A stretch of DNA of 64,000 nt from Octopus sinensis (taxonomy: Eukaryota), in assembly GCF_006345805.1 (NCBI RefSeq), contig NC_043012.1:34100001-34164000 (forward strand), read 5' to 3'. A program made the translations under genes and the position numbers. Positions 62,686 to 64,000 of the stretch are shown here, piece by piece. The notes under the pieces are model-generated. The model worked only from the letters and a program-made list of their open reading frames with translations, made no database searches and was not told the origin of the DNA. The first letter of the stretch is position 1. Each line of letters opens with the position of its first letter.

Positions 62686-64000
62686 ATATATTATATATTA
62701 TATATATATACACATACATATGTATACATACATATACACATATATGTATACATATATACATACATACATATACACATGGAAATTGTAGTTGTGATACTTG
62801 TGCCGGTGGCACATAAAAAGCACCATCCGAACGTGGGCGATGCCAGTGCCGCCATGACTGGTACTTGTGCCAGTGGCACATAAAAAGCACCCACAACACT
62901 CTCTTGAGTGGTTGGCGTTAGGAAGGGCACCCAGCGGTAGAAACACTGCCAGATCAGACTGGAGCCTGGTGCAGCCTCCTGGCTTCCCAGACCTTGGTCG
63001 AACCGTCCAACCCATGCTAGCATGGAAAACGGATGTTAAACAATGATGATGATATACATATATACACATATACTTAAATATACATTTATGTATACATATA
63101 TATATCCATATATAAATAGATATACATATATACAAATATATACATATATGTGCATATAGATATATGTATATATACATAAATACATATATATATATATAAT
63201 GTATACATATATACATACATACGTATATATATATACACACATACAAAAATATATATATATACACATACATACATATATGTATACATACATGTATATATAT
63301 ATATATATATACACATAAATACATATACATACACACATATACATACACATACACATACATGTATATATACAGGTACATACATGTATGTATATACATACAT
63401 GTATACATATACATACATGCATATATATAAACATATATACATACATGCATATAAACATATATACATACATGCATATATATACATACATGCATATATATAT
63501 ACATATATATACAGATATAATACATATATGTATATATAGACACGTATGTATATACATATATATTTACAATATGTATATACATATTTCCACACACACACAC
63601 ACACATATATATATATACGTAGATACATATATACAAATGTATACATATATATATATATACACACACACGTATAATATATATATATATATATTATATACAC
63701 ACACACGTATAATATATATATATATAATATATATATATATACACACACACGTACATATATATATATACACACGTACATATATATACACCCACGTACATAT
63801 ATATATACACACACGTACATATATATATACACCCGTACATATATATATACACACGTAATATATATATATACACACACGTACATATATATATACACACACG
63901 TACATATATATATACACACGTACATATATATATACACACACACGTACATATATATATACACACACGTATATATATATATATATATATACACACACGTATA
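60745..64000. repeat. Very long compound (TA)n/(CA)n microsatellite field
   Basis: ACACATAC(AT)n and ACACGTAC(AT)n higher-order units; interrupted at 61068-61135 and 62777-63052. Confidence 0.95.
62777..63052 (+). mobile_element. RTE 3'-tail-derived repeat inside the microsatellite field
   Basis: Family match with (ATG)n tail. Confidence 0.88.

Noticed and set aside
60598-63995. Very long ORFs (up to 761 aa) rich in Y/I/H/T or Y/I/C/V/M
   Set aside because: Translations of TA/CA microsatellite, open in several frames on both strands; not genes

Overview
AT-rich eukaryotic, repeat-saturated DNA, most likely intergenic or deep-intronic sequence of a cephalopod. The SINE/RTE families and the (TA)n/(CA)n/(ATG)n load look like Octopus; this is recognition, not a database match. 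No intact host protein-coding gene, rRNA, true tRNA or CRISPR array is supported. Almost all sequence is a nested mosaic of decayed mobile elements. Retroelements: R4/Dong, Tx1/L1, CR1 (one near full length, 36.6-40.6 kb) and RTE LINEs, Penelope-like elements (PLEs; RT + GIY-YIG), three tRNA-derived SINE families and about 18 ORF-less copies of a structured RTE 3' tail. DNA elements: Tc1 and mariner relics, piggyBac-, hAT-, Mutator- and Merlin-like MITEs, and non-autonomous Helitrons. A 3.4-kb TA/CA microsatellite field closes the window. The most interesting signal is a set of PLE-derived fold-back (palindromic) units docked on (TA)n tracts that carry minimal type I hammerhead ribozyme motifs, including a 227-bp palindrome encoding a hammerhead on each strand (45508-45734) and a hammerhead at the 3' end of a PLE coding relic (1254-1309). 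Coordinates of decayed elements are approximate.
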